From the NCBI GenBank assembly GCA_036785375.1, contig JAWMAR010000030.1, positions 5,704,001 to 5,768,000 of the forward strand: a stretch of 64,000 nucleotides of DNA. The letters run 5' to 3'. The position numbers and the translations under genes were made by a program. Below the pieces are notes generated by a model that was not told the origin of the DNA, did not search any database, and worked only from the letters and a program-made list of their open reading frames with translations. This stretch comes from Leucoraja ocellata (lineage: Eukaryota). This document shows, one piece after another, positions 27,176 to 40,300 of this stretch (the first letter of the stretch is position 1; the number at the start of each line of letters is the position of its first letter).

Positions 27176-27604
27176 TAAACTGATGAACTTTCTGACGGGC
27201 TCGTACTCCCTGTTTACATCCGCCAGAGGGAGGGACTGAGTCGAAGGGGATCAGCGCAGATGTGGTGGGAGGTGGGAGGTGGGAGGTGGGATCGGTTTGG
27301 GCACGTCCCGGTCCCACTAACCCCGCAGTCTGTCCCAAAGATCTTTGGTCTAACCAAGGGCCACTACGGTGCAAAGCCCAGGAGGGAGAGAAGAGGAGAC
27401 GGCGCCGGGATCGTGCATCAGCCCAGTCTGCCTGTGTTTACCGATGCAGAGAACGGCGGCTGCATAGGGAGACAAAACAAAGCGCTGTGGAGGAACTAAC
27501 TCATCAGGTCAAGCAGCATCTGCGGAGGGCGAGAGATGGCTCGGGTCTGGACCCTGCATGGGGGTCGGAGAGGGGAGATAACCTGTTGAAGAGGTAAGCC
27601 AGTA

Positions 27605-27875
27605 TGTGTAGGAAGGAACTGCAGATGCTGGTTTAAACCGAAGATTGGCACAAAAAGCTGGAGTAACTCAGCGGGTCAGTCAGCATCTCTGGAGAAAAAG
27701 GAATAGGTGGCGTTTCGGGGTTTGCACCTCTTTGTTCTATATCTCTACATCACCGTCTATATCTCTCGTTTCCCTTTCCCCGGCTCTCAGAGTGAAGAAC
27801 CCGAAACGTAACCTATTCCTTTTCTCCAGAGATGCTGTCTGACCCGCTGAGTTACTCCAGCTTTTTGTGTCTTAG
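27605..27875. mobile_element. Inverted pair of PLE terminal repeats
   Basis: Arms about 27648-27718 and 27800-27870 are reverse complements. Confidence 0.8.
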
Positions 27876-28239
27876 AGCTGGTGAGGCGAGGAGGGAGTTA
27901 GTGGCAGATGGGGCCAGGTTGGAGTGGGGGATAAATAATGGTGGAAGGGAGGAGGGCGACTCAGACCCTGTCTTCCCCTCTACCCCCATGTTAGCTCCAA
28001 TATCTCACCGCTCTCTGCACGCACCACTCCCTCCATCTTCCTCCCTCCAATCTATCTCCCTCCCTCCCTTCCATCCACCTATTTAATCTGCTGGTGTAAA
28101 TGCATCTACTAAATCTTATCTTTGAGATTTTAAACTGTGCAATAGTCAGATGCTGTTTTGAAAGGTTTTGTTGGTTAGCTTCCCTTTCAGATTCCGTTCT
28201 CTCTGTGGGACGAGTGTACATTGAACCTGATGTTTGTTA

Positions 28240-28480
28240 CAGCGCTATAGATTTGCGGCGTAAAACATAGATGAATTAGCCTTTCTCTCCCTCCCACCCC
28301 GAGGGACTGGTTTGCTTCGCGGGGCGGGGGTTACAGGATTAGATCAAAAATAATCAGTGCAATCTACGTTTGAGTTCATTGTTCTTTCCCCCATCCGCCG
28401 ACCCAGTTCTCCCGCATCCAAGCTGGTTTTCTCAATTCTACATCACAAGGGCAATACTGGCCAGCGATTCCCGGGGTCTC
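28240..28480. promoter_or_regulatory. Candidate promoter of the PRKG2-like gene
   Basis: Locally CpG-rich, non-repeat, GC box GGGGCGGGGG at 28321-28330, about 2.6 kb upstream of the ATG exon. That exon has a splice acceptor at 30902, implying an upstream UTR exon. Confidence 0.3.
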
Positions 28481-28529
28481 TGTCCTGCCTCAACCCTTCC
28501 ACCCTACCCCCTGCACCCTTTGTATTACA

Positions 28530-28745
28530 ATGTGTTCTCCGCCTTCCTCTGCACTTTCCCTCTCCTTCAAACTCATCCCTCTTCTCCCTCCAATCTCCCC
28601 CTCTCCTCCTCGTCTCTCAATTCACAGTCTTTCCAATTCCCCTTCCTTCTCCCTCCAATCTCGTCTCCTCTCTCCATTTCTCAATTCACGTCTCTCAATT
28701 CGCTGTTCCTTCTTCTAATCCTCCTTCTCCATATCTCGATTCACT
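28530..28745. repeat. CT-rich low-complexity tract
   Basis: Pyrimidine-rich with recurring tctcaattc and ctccaatctc motifs. Confidence 0.8.
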
Positions 28746-30955
28746 ATTCGCTAATAAATAATAATAATAAATACTTTATTGATCCCCTCAGGGAAATTCA
28801 GAATGTTATGTCTCCGTACACATTCAACCTATCACATCTAGGCATTCACCGTTCCTTTCCCTGCAACCACATCATCTTCCCCTTAGTCTCCCCTTCTATA
28901 CAAGAAACTGGAGGAGATCAAGCCTACTCCTTACTGTCCAATAAGACCACATCTGCTCTAATCTCAAACGCCTTCTCATATCTTCCTCATGAAGTTTGAC
29001 CTTCCTGTTATCCCAAACGATGTATCAGCCTTGAGTAGATTCAATTGTTCAGTCTGCACAGCTTTCTGGAGTAGAGAATTCCAAAGATTAATGCTCTTCT
29101 ATTCCTTCCCGTCCTGCAGCGATACTTTATTTGTGGATTTGTGGAGAAGTATCTTCACAGCCATTCCCCTGGGGGGAGAAGAGTTAAAGATCACTTTCAT
29201 CATCGTTTGACAAGTTGAAGGGTTTTTATCTCGTTTCTCTATTGTCTTAAAGGTTTGAGTAGTTTATCTCATGATGTCAGGTCCATACAACTCCCTTTTA
29301 CTAATCTCACTCTCCTATTGTTTCTCCAGATTGGTTTGCACTTCTAATATTTATCCATCTTTCCCTTTGAACAGTGTATAATCTCAATTGCAAATGGGCC
29401 AATGGATTCTAATTCTAATAACACTTAGTCTGAAATACGTTCTTCAAACCTCTCCACTTTAATCTTCAATGCTAAGTTATTCCACCATGTTTCAGATATC
29501 ATAGATCCTTTCATTGTATATTCTTTCACAGATTGTCCTTTTACTGAGTAGCTGAATGTTTGTTTTATGTTCCAAATTCAGCAATCTATAACTATATGGT
29601 ATGTTTTTTCCACATTTTCTATCTATTCCCATAGCGGTTGACCTAGAAGTATTCAGGACCTTTGAACTAACTAAAATGTTGGATATATTTATTTTCACAT
29701 TCTCTTTTTTTATAAATGGCTTAATTCTTATAAACTCCACAAATCAGACACCTGTGGTTCTTAACAGTTTCTTTCATCACGAGATGTCAGTTTCATCACG
29801 AGAGGTAATTGAAAATGACATGCATTGCTTCATAGAACACGGAACGTAGAACAGTCCCGCACAGGAACTGGCCCTATGACCCACAATGTGCAAAACATGA
29901 TGCCAAGTTAATCTATTCTCTGATGTACATGACCCATATTCCTCCATTCCCATTTCCATGTCCCTGTCCAAAGATGCCTCTTAAATGTCCCTATCATTTC
30001 CACCACCTCCCCTCGCAACATATTCTAAGTACCTACCACTCTCCGCATGAAAAAAAAACTTACCCCACACATCTCCTTTAAACTTTTCCACTCTCACCTT
30101 AAAAACTATACACATGATATTCTATTACAGAGCCGGAGAACAAGGGTTGAAGAGGGCCGTGCAAGGAGAGGGACAATGGGTCATGGGACGATCAGAATGG
30201 AGTTGATGGCTGCAATGAACCTTTGTGGCCAGGGGCTGTAAAATGGTGCTAAAATGGCGACTCGTGCATATAGACTCAGTGGGTATTCTATACCTTCTGT
30301 ACTAACTGGAGATTGTGCTTATGTGTGGTGATAGTCAAAGCTGAACTGTACCTTGGTACACATGATAATGGAGAAACTATTGACTAAGCTCCCCCATTTG
30401 CTAACCATTGGCTTTAATAATTTTTAGCTGACACTAAAAAAATAAACTTTTAACTATTAAAAAGACCTTTAATTTTGGAAAATCCATTGGGAAAAATAAG
30501 TTATTGCAAGTCTGAAACTCTTAGACCATTAAACCTCCTTTTCCTCAATGCCTTCCCAATATTCATCCGTCACCCAGGGACCAAAAGCAAATCATCATTG
30601 CCACACTGCTATTGTGACTGTGTCAACCATGTTTTCTACATTAAGAACAATTGGCAGCCTAGCACATGGAGATCCTGGAGAGGACTGCATGCCCCATTAA
30701 TCAACTAAGTAATGCCCTTGGGATCTTGGGCTAAGGTTTGATGACAATTTATACACATATGGTTAAGTGTAATTGTTTACTGTATCATTTGCAAGGAGGA
30801 AGCAATTGTTAATGGAACCAGAAAGAGTTTTAAGAAGCACTATATCAGCTGCCTGTGTTTTAACAATATTCTACTGTATGAATGTTTTCTTTATTTTGGC
30901 AGCAGTCTAGCTTGGCATCTGTTGAGAGAACTTTGGGATGATTTATATTCATGCA

Positions 30956-31395
30956 ATGGGAAACGGTTCTGTGAGAGCACCAAGGCATGAACAGAATAAC
31001 TCCCCCCATACCCCGACAGACACCTCCTTGGAGAACTTGGCCAACCTCAGAGGGAAGATTGTTACTCTAGAAGAAGAACTGAGGATGAAGGATGAGCAAC
31101 TGAGGCAGAAGTTAAAGACAATACAGTCGCTGGAAAAAGAACTTAAAGGGAAACTTTCCCAAATCGGCAAGCTTCAGGATGCCATTGGGTACAATACCTC
31201 TTCTGCCAACCAACACAAGAAACTGGTCAGTGTCATAAACCAAGGGCCAAAACGCTTTGCCCAGGTGGCGACTGAGATCCACCGACGCCTCAAGGCCAAA
31301 GAGGGAGTGTCAGCGGAGCCGACCTCCCGGAATTATTACTGCCACAGTGTGCACCACTTCTCCATCGAGCAGCTTCGAGTACGGAAGGATTCCAG
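30956..31395 (+). CDS. PRKG2L: PRKG2-like coding exon 1 (myristoylation site, leucine zipper, autoinhibitory segment)
   Basis: MGNGSVRAP...VRKDS; donor CAG|gtaag; ORF 30938..31399. Confidence 0.93.
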
Positions 31396-34300
31396 GTAAG
31401 AATGAAGAACCTCACCTGGCCCAGCAAATGAGCAGCTAGATTCCCACAACACTGTGGGAGATATACAACCCATTCAACTTAACATGCTCCTCAGACCAAG
31501 GACAACCTTAGAAGGCAATCACATCATTAGCTTGGATAATTCTGTACTTATTTATGCACCATACTTTCTCCTCAAGCAACATCGTAAATGGCCACAATTT
31601 TAACACAAATTCAAACTTGGCTGGGGATCGTGTAAGCTCATAGTATCAGATACTTCCAATTTGCATGGATGTGTATAGTTCTAAGGCAACCTAGAAATTC
31701 CCAGTTAATTACCTGCAGGTTGGTCACAGCACAGTAAAAAACCTCAGAATAACTAATTACCTGGTTTGATAATCATCAGCAGAAGGTTTAGCTTTCATTC
31801 TTACAGAAGATTATAAAACCAAAAGACTGAGCAAATACTGAACAATGAAGTCTCATTTTCAAATTGACAGCAATATATGTTTGAATCCAGAATAATTAAA
31901 GGCAATAATCTAAAGGCTGCAATTTAATTGTTGGATATGAACCAAACTCTGCATTCTGTTAGCTGAATTACTAAGAGGTTGTAACTCTAAGATTCTCCCC
32001 ATTCTGCAGTAGGAATGATTAGAGATTTCTTGCAGACCAGATTCAGTGACATTTAAAAAAAACTATTAATTTTCTGGTATAAAAACACCATAAAGAACAA
32101 AGGAGCTGTCTTCTTCCACTCAATCCGCATTGTCTGTAAACAGCACATTGATTACCATAGTTTCCTAGTATCCTGGTCAATATTAATCCATAATAGTATT
32201 AAACCTCACTATATGTCATTTATCATATGACAGCTGTCTGTTGTCCTTAAATAATAGTTTGAGCTACATAACAACATAAGTACTACAAAACGTACCAGAT
32301 TGTGTGTAAAATACATTGGAACATGAAGGTCCCTGCATTGAAGAGTAAGGCAACAACATGTATTTCTATTTTTCTTACACTACCTCGGGTTTCCCCATCA
32401 GGTTTGATAATTCATCCAATGGCCTATTTAATCCTCAGGCCCATGCATAAATTGGGAGTTTGTTTACTTAACAAAAGCACATGGCTGTGGAGAGGTGGTT
32501 CATATGACTATATGAACTTGTTCTGGTGATATCTTGATTTTCATTATGAGTTTGAATTGGATACAGACCAAAAAAAACCACCTCAAGGAGCAAATAGAAA
32601 TAATGAACTACAGATGCCGATTTGCAACAAAAAAAGACACAAAGTGCTGGAATAAATCAGCAGGTCAGGCAGCATCACTGAAGAACATGGATAGTTGAAG
32701 TTTTGGGTTGGGTCTCTTCCTCAAACTGACCAGTCTATGAAAGGTCTGGACCCATCCCGTTTCTCCAGGGATGCTGCCTAACCTGCTGTGTTACTCCAGC
32801 ACTTTGCGACTTTCTCAGAGAGCAAGTGCGCTCCTCATTTTTGGCTGTCCCTATCTCAATGGTGGCAATCCTTCAATTTGATTCCAGCACAGTAAAAATA
32901 AGTATCTGAAGAAAGGTTCCAATGTCTCTGTCCACTTCCCTCCATAGACGCTGCCTGCTCCATAGATGCTGCCTGTGTTCCTCAGGCACTTTGATCTTTG
33001 CCATTCCTCGGGTGTTATGGGGAGAAGGCAGGAGAATGGGGCTGAGAGGGAAAGATAAATCAGCCATGAATGAATGGCAGAGTAAACTTGATGGATCGAA
33101 TGGACTAATTCTGCTCCTATAAATTATGAAATTTTAAATTTATGAACTTTGTTCCAGATTCCAGCATTTGCAGTCTCTCGTGCATCCAACATGAAATATC
33201 AAAAATTTCCCTTCCACTCAGTGTTAATTGCTAAATACAGGAGGGTAATGTACGTGGAATGTTTTTGTGATGATTACCACTAGGGATGTTTGTGATCACC
33301 TGAGGATTATATTGTGCAGCTTGAAGAAACTGATAACCGATGCGATAATGCACAACGAATTCCTGAAGAAGCTGGAATCGCAGCATGTGAGGGAGATAGT
33401 GGAGTGCATGTACGAGAGGAGCTACCAAGAAACAGATCTCGTCATCCAGGAGGGAGAGCAAGGAAACCACCTCTATGTTCTAGCAGGTGGGCCTCATCAT
33501 ATTGAACCATTAGAACCATTCTAAACTTCCTCGATCATCGTCTGCTTTGATCTGCATTTTCACATCTTACCCTTCCATATCTTTAGTCTCCCTCTCCCCT
33601 GACTCTCAGTCTGAAGAAGGATCTCGACCCGAAAGGTCACCCATTCGGTCTTTCCAGAGATGCTGCCTGTCCCGCTGAGTTACTCCAGCAGTTTGTGTCT
33701 ATCTCATTGTATTAATGCTTGATGTAAAGGGTGCCTGTCCTTTAGGCCGATCTGCATGTCACCTTCATGAACCTGAATTTGCTCCTTATAACATCTATTA
33801 AAATCCATCCTCCAGTCTTCTGAGAAGATTTCAGGTTTTCACCATTTGCGTGGAAGTGATAATAGACAATAGGTGCAGGAGTAGGCCATTCGGCCCTTCG
33901 AGCCAGCACCGCCACTCAATATGATCATGGCTGCTCATCCACAATCAGTACCCTGTTCCTGCATTCTTGCCATATCCCATGACTCCGCTATCTTTAAGTA
34001 CTAAACAACATTGGTGTTGATTTTAGGATAATGTCCTCTGGTTCCATACTCTTGTTATGTGTTTTAATAATCTTGTTGTTTGTTGATTGGATAAATGGCA
34101 ATGTAATGATCTAGAACATAGAATATTGAGCATAGCAGTACTGCACAGGAACAGGCCTTTGGCCCACAATGTCTGCCCAATATGCCTAGATAAACTAATC
34201 TCATCTGACTATATATCCCTCTATTACCTGCATATCTATGTACCTGTCTAAAAGCCTCTTACAGTAACTGCCACTTTTGTATCGGCCTCCACAACTAACC

Positions 34301-37300
34301 CCGGAAGTGAGTTCCATACATCCACGGCCCTCCGTGTAAAATCACTTGCTCCGTATATCTCTTTTAAACTTTGCCCCTCTCACGTTAAAGCTATGCCCTC
34401 AAGTATTTGTTTTTTTTCCCCATCCTGGCAAAAAAGGTCTTGACCGTATATCCTATCTTTGCCTCTCATCATTTTATACGTTTCTCTTTGGCTCCTTCGT
34501 GGAATTCCTGAATATTTAAGTTATAAAATAAAACTGGAATCTTCATTTTGCGGCTTTTCTTTTTAAAGAGGAATAATTGAGAAGGGATGTGATGGAGATC
34601 TATGAAACAAAGCAGCGACTTAATCGGACAGACATTGCAATGATGCATCCACTTATCTGAGGGTCCAGAAGTCAACGTCAAAAACATGAAACAATCACAG
34701 TTCATCCAGTAGGGTGTGCGGGCAAAATCTTTACCCAGAGAGTGATGAGAATTTGAAATCTATTCTAATGGCGAATAGTTGAGGTGATTGTGTTGATAAA
34801 AGAAAAAACTGCCTGAACACTCGAGACAGAGAAGCAATCTGTTGATTTGATAAGATGGAAGTGGGAGGAGGTTGGCTGCAGCACCAACGATTTGGGCTGA
34901 ACAGTTTTCGACACGGTGCTGATTCTGTGGTGTTCATTGAAAGGTGCTAATTGTATAATCAATCATTAAGCTGAAGATGAAGCCTAACAATGCTAAAATA
35001 AAATTGGATAGTGGACTGTGCAATAATGAAAGCTAATTTAAAGCAGTGCACCTGTTATGAGATTTAGACATCCATTACAGCCTGACGTCAGTCTCTGATT
35101 GAAGTAACTTTGAATATTGTTGCAAAATGCTGGAGTAATTCACGGGTCAGACAGCATCTCTGGAGAAAAGGAATTAGTGATGTTTCGGGTCAGAACCCTT
35201 CTTCAGACTGAGAGCCTGTGGTATATGTGGTATAAACTAGCATCTGCAGTTCTTTCTTACACATTTTGTCTGCTCCACTGCGATATCTCCTCAAGGTATG
35301 CCAACTTTTAGGAACTTCTCCTCTTCTCTCTGACGGGAATTCCGCAACACCCCGTGTCTGCTTTCAATCTGAAGAAAGGTTTCGAACTGAAACGTCACCT
35401 ATTCCTTTTCTTCTGACCCGCTGAGTTTCTCCAGTATTTTGTGTCTGTCTTCGGTATAACCCAGTATCTGCAGTTCGTTCCTACACAATTTAATTTTCAA
35501 CATTGAATGTTACTGCAAATAAATGTTAACTATACTTTTACAGAAGGGATTTTGGAAGTTATGCAGAATGGCAAACTGTTGGGACAGATGCAACCAGGGA
35601 CAGCCTTTGGCGAGCTTGCAATTCTCTACAACTGCAAAAGGACTGCTACTGTTAAAGGTAACGAAAGCTAGATCTCTGTGAGTGTTGGTCTTTCTCTCAC
35701 TCCTCTCCTCTCCCTGTAAGTGCAGAGCTGACATGCAAACTGGGAGTGGTGTGGAGAAGCTGCTCTGATCCAGTCAATGTCAATGTCAAATTCTGCACCA
35801 ACGAACTGAATGTGTGTGTCAAGCTGAAGATCTATAACTAATGCTGGACTCGGTGCCTATCCTGATGGTGTGAGCATGAATGGAGGACTCAATGACAAAG
35901 GCAGACAATGGCACAGAATAGCACCGCATTTTATATTTCAAGTGCTGATTGGTGCACACAAAAGTGGGCTGCTTAAATATCCCAACGTAACTACAACTTA
36001 ATTCTTCATTGACAACAACCGATAATTATATTATGTCAGCTCATGAATTTAATAATTTACCCAACAGTTTTCATAGAAGTCTCGCATCCAAGGTGACAGA
36101 TTTTAACCTCAGCTTTGGGGAACTTCACAAGGACAGTTGTACCTTCTTTTGGGGAAGAATCTTAGATGCTGCATTGAATGGTGGACGAATATAGAATATA
36201 AGGAAACATAGAACAGTGAGCCTAACATCTGTGATAGGCCTGTTGCTAGAGAGGATTCTAAGGGATAAGATGTTTATGCATTTGGATAGATGGGCTGATT
36301 AGGGATAGTCAGCATGGTTTTGTTCATGGGAACATGTGTCTTACAAATCTGATTGAATTTTTTGAAGAAGTAATCAAAAAGATCAATGAGGGCAAAACTG
36401 TCGACGTCATCTATATGGACCAGAAAAGCTTTTGCTAAGGTTTTACCATGGGGGGCTACTGTGGAAGGTTAGATTGCATGGGATCCAGGGAGAGTTAGCC
36501 TACTGGATAGAGAATGGGCTTAACGGAAGGAAGAAGTGGATGATGATGAAAAGTTGTTTCGAGGCGGCCTGTAACTAATAGTGTGGCTCAGGAATCGGTG
36601 CTGGGCCCACTGCTGTCTGTGGTTTATATTAATGATTTGGGTGAGTAAGTAAAAGGCATAAATAGTAAGTTTACAGATGACACTAAAGGTAGTGTTTTAG
36701 ATAGAGAACATGGTTATCAAAATTACATCAGGATCGTGAACAACCAGGCAAGTGGGTTGAGGAATGGTTGATGGAGGATGTTGTTAAGATAGAAAGAGTG
36801 CAGAAGAGATTTTAAAGGATTTGGCCAGGACTTGAGGGCCTAAGCTACAGGGAGTGGTTGGCCAAGCTTGGGCTTTATTCCTTAGAGTGCAGGAGGATGG
36901 GGGGGTAATCTTATAGAGATGTATAAGATCACGAGGGGAATAGTCAGGGTGAATGAACAGGTATTTTATCCAGAATAAGGGACATTGGGTTAAGGTGAGA
37001 GGGGAAAGATTTATTAGGAACCTGAGGAGCAACTTTTCCACACAGGGTAGTGGGTATATGGAATGAGCTGGCAGAAGAGGTAGTTAAGGCTGGTAGTATA
37101 ACAACATTTATAAGACATCTGGACAGGAACATGGATAGAAACAATTTAGAGAGATATAGGCCAAACATGGGGAGGTGGTACTAGTGTTGATGGGGCATCT
37201 TGGTCGGCATAGGTAAGTTAGGCCCAAGGGTCCGTTTCCATGCTGCACGGCTCTATGAATCTAAAAGACGATCTCACTTCAGAGAGACAACCAGCTGGCC

Positions 37301-40300
37301 AGCTCAGGTGGAAGGTTTCAACTCTGACATGCTTCAGACAGGCGAAGAAATTCCATGGTGTTGGTACGAGTTAATCAGGGAAAAATGTGAAATATTCCTT
37401 TTATAGTTAGATTACAGAGATATCAATCTTCTCTAAAGTTAATCTATAACTATGATTTGGTCGCTCCGATATTTATTAACTGATCTATCGCCCGTAACTT
37501 TTTCAGCTGTGACAGAGTCTTGGATTTGGGTTCTGGATCGTCAGGTTTTCCAAAGCATCATGATGGAAACAGCACAGGCAAGGAATAGGAAATACTTCAA
37601 CTTCCTCAGCAGGTGAGAGCTGGAAGCCCCCGGCTGCCTCAGACAACCATCTCTGCATCCTTCCTTAGACCCTCCAAATGTAACTGAGCCAGTGTTTTAT
37701 AAAGTTTCATCATGAAACCTTATTTATACCTTTCAAGAGTCAAGGGAGTTTTATTGTCATGTGTCCCAGATAGGACAATGTAGAATACCTTTTGTATCAT
37801 ATTTATAAATAAAGCCCAGAGGATCGGAGGGAAAGATAGATCAGCCATGATTGAATTTATTATTAATGTTTTCTATCACTTTCCATTGTGTCTCTTTTCA
37901 TTCCATAGATTTAAATCTTGATGAAAATGGTTTAATGGGGCTTTATGGTCACATGCACCCAAGAGTTTGTTTTGTTTGCATACACTTCAATAAAATCTTA
38001 CTGCACATAAACACAATCATACCTAAGTACAGAGTGTTAGATTAGTAGATTATACTGAGGCAGTACGCAAGAGTCGCCATGTTTCTGCCGCAATCTTGTA
38101 CCTTCAAAATTCTTAAAAATGCAGTTTTATCTTGGCCTTAAATGCCTGCTGTCTTGGTGGCAGCGCTGGGTCAAATTTGCAGGGGTTGACTGACCTGGCA
38201 ATGATGTCAGTGTTCTCTACTGCTGCTCTGCCACCCTGTGCTGCTGCAAGCTGCATCTAATCCATGTGTTTGTTTGACAAACCCATCCATCTGCCCAAAA
38301 CCCATCTCAAGGTACTTTCCCAGATAGCCAGGGTCTCTGAGTAGAGAAAATAATGTTTCTTGTGTTATGTTTACGTACAGAGCTGAGGAAATACAGAGCT
38401 TATTGTTAGTGCTGGATGTGGAATAAGTTTCTATTGACATAATGCAATTTTAAAAACATTTGTATATTTATTATGTAGTGTTTCGATATTGAAAGGCTTG
38501 CCCGAAGAGAAGTTGTCCAAGATTGTTGATTGTCTTGAAGTTGTGAGTACATTTTCTTTAGTTTTGAAGGTTTTTCAAGAGCATATTTGATTATATTCAG
38601 GATGTACTAATATCGTGGCATGTCGCAATCATGAATTCCAATTGACACATTCATGGGCTTTTAAAGAAGCATTCAAGATTCACGATTCAATTTCAATGTC
38701 ACATGTACCAATTAAGGTACAGTGGAATTTGAGCCACCTTGCAGCCATACTAAGTAAAAAGCAAAAATATACACAGTACATAAAATCAAGTTTAACGTCA
38801 ACATCCACCACAGTCCTCACTGTGATGGAAGGCAATACAGTTCAGTCATCTTCCTCCTTTGTTGTCACAAGAACAAAGTATAATGTCAGATATCAAATTC
38901 CTTATTGGCTAAACCATCTGAGATGTCAAGTGAATGGATTGTTATTTGGCCACTAGGAAGAACACTCACAAGACACTCAGTCTGTGCGAAGGGTCTCCTC
39001 ACCGTAGAAAGCATCTTATTGGGATACATCACAACTTGGTTGACCAACAGATGTGGCCAAGATCGCAAGAGAGTTTTGGATGTAGCCCAGTCCATCACAC
39101 AAACCAGCCTTTCGCACATCTATTCCATCTGCATTTCACTCTTCCTTGGGGAAAGTAGCCAATTTAACCAAAGGTCATTTAAACCCCAGTCGTTCCCTGT
39201 TCTTCACTTTTCTATAGGGCAGAAGATACAAAAGTTTGAAAGCCCATACCACCAGATAAGCTAAACTATCCTCTCATAAGCAAAGGGTGTTGTCCTGATC
39301 TCCCCATCTACCTCATTGCAAGCCTTGCACTTTTTACAATCTTGTATTGTATGATTTGACTGGATTGCATGCAGGCAAAGTAGTGTTTAACTATTTTTCG
39401 TTACAGTAATAAACCAACAAAGCTGGAGCAGTTTTTCTCCAAGTCAGATATGTAGATGACCAAAATTATTGGGAATTCTTCAGGGTTAAGTTTGTCAAGA
39501 TATCAAATTGTTGCCTTCAACGTTGAAACGTAAATCTTCAGCGCCAGCCAGTTACTAGAGGGAAGAAAGTGATACAATTTGCTGTAAATTATACAATTTC
39601 CTTTGCTGTAAGGGTTTTTGATTATGTTAAAGGCCATTGGGATGTTCATCTTGCTATCGGGGCTTCAAAGGAGCAAATGTCAAATTTCCCCAATCTTCTA
39701 CAATTTTTTTCTGCATGAAGAAGGTTCCCGACCCGAGACATCACCTATCCCCATTCTCCAGATATGCTGCCTGACCCACTGCATTACTCCAACACATTGT
39801 GTCCTTTTTTTGTAAAACCAGCATCTGCAGTTCCTTGCATCTACTATTTTCTTCATATGTTGCTGTTGTGGTATCAAATGCCACCTATAAACATCTATAT
39901 CAAACACTAGTAGAAACATTTGTATAGTTTGTGCCCACCAATAACACAAGATTTCAATATGAAAGGGTTTTTTATGTCAGGCCAATGCAGGTTCTTTCAG
40001 CTTGACTTGATAAAGTTATTTTAATACTACTTAGACCTCCTATTGAATACTTTAGCTAAATAGTCCAGCTTGACCTCCTCCAGTGATTCCCAGCATGATA
40101 GATGTCAATTTGCAGCCAATTCAATGCACTGCATGTGACATATAAGGCTACGAGCTCTGGCAACATTCCGACTATTGTGCTTAAGGCTTGTACTCCGGAA
40201 CCTGCCGCACCCGTGTCCATGCTGTTCAAGTATAGCTTCAACACAGCAACTTCTTAAAATTTAGTTTAGAGATACAGCGCAGTAACAGTCTCCTCGGCCC

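Noticed and set aside
28357-28999. Long ORFs (134 and 209 aa) rich in S/P/L
   Set aside because: They arise from a CT-rich low-complexity tract that lacks stop codons; no domain or exon structure.
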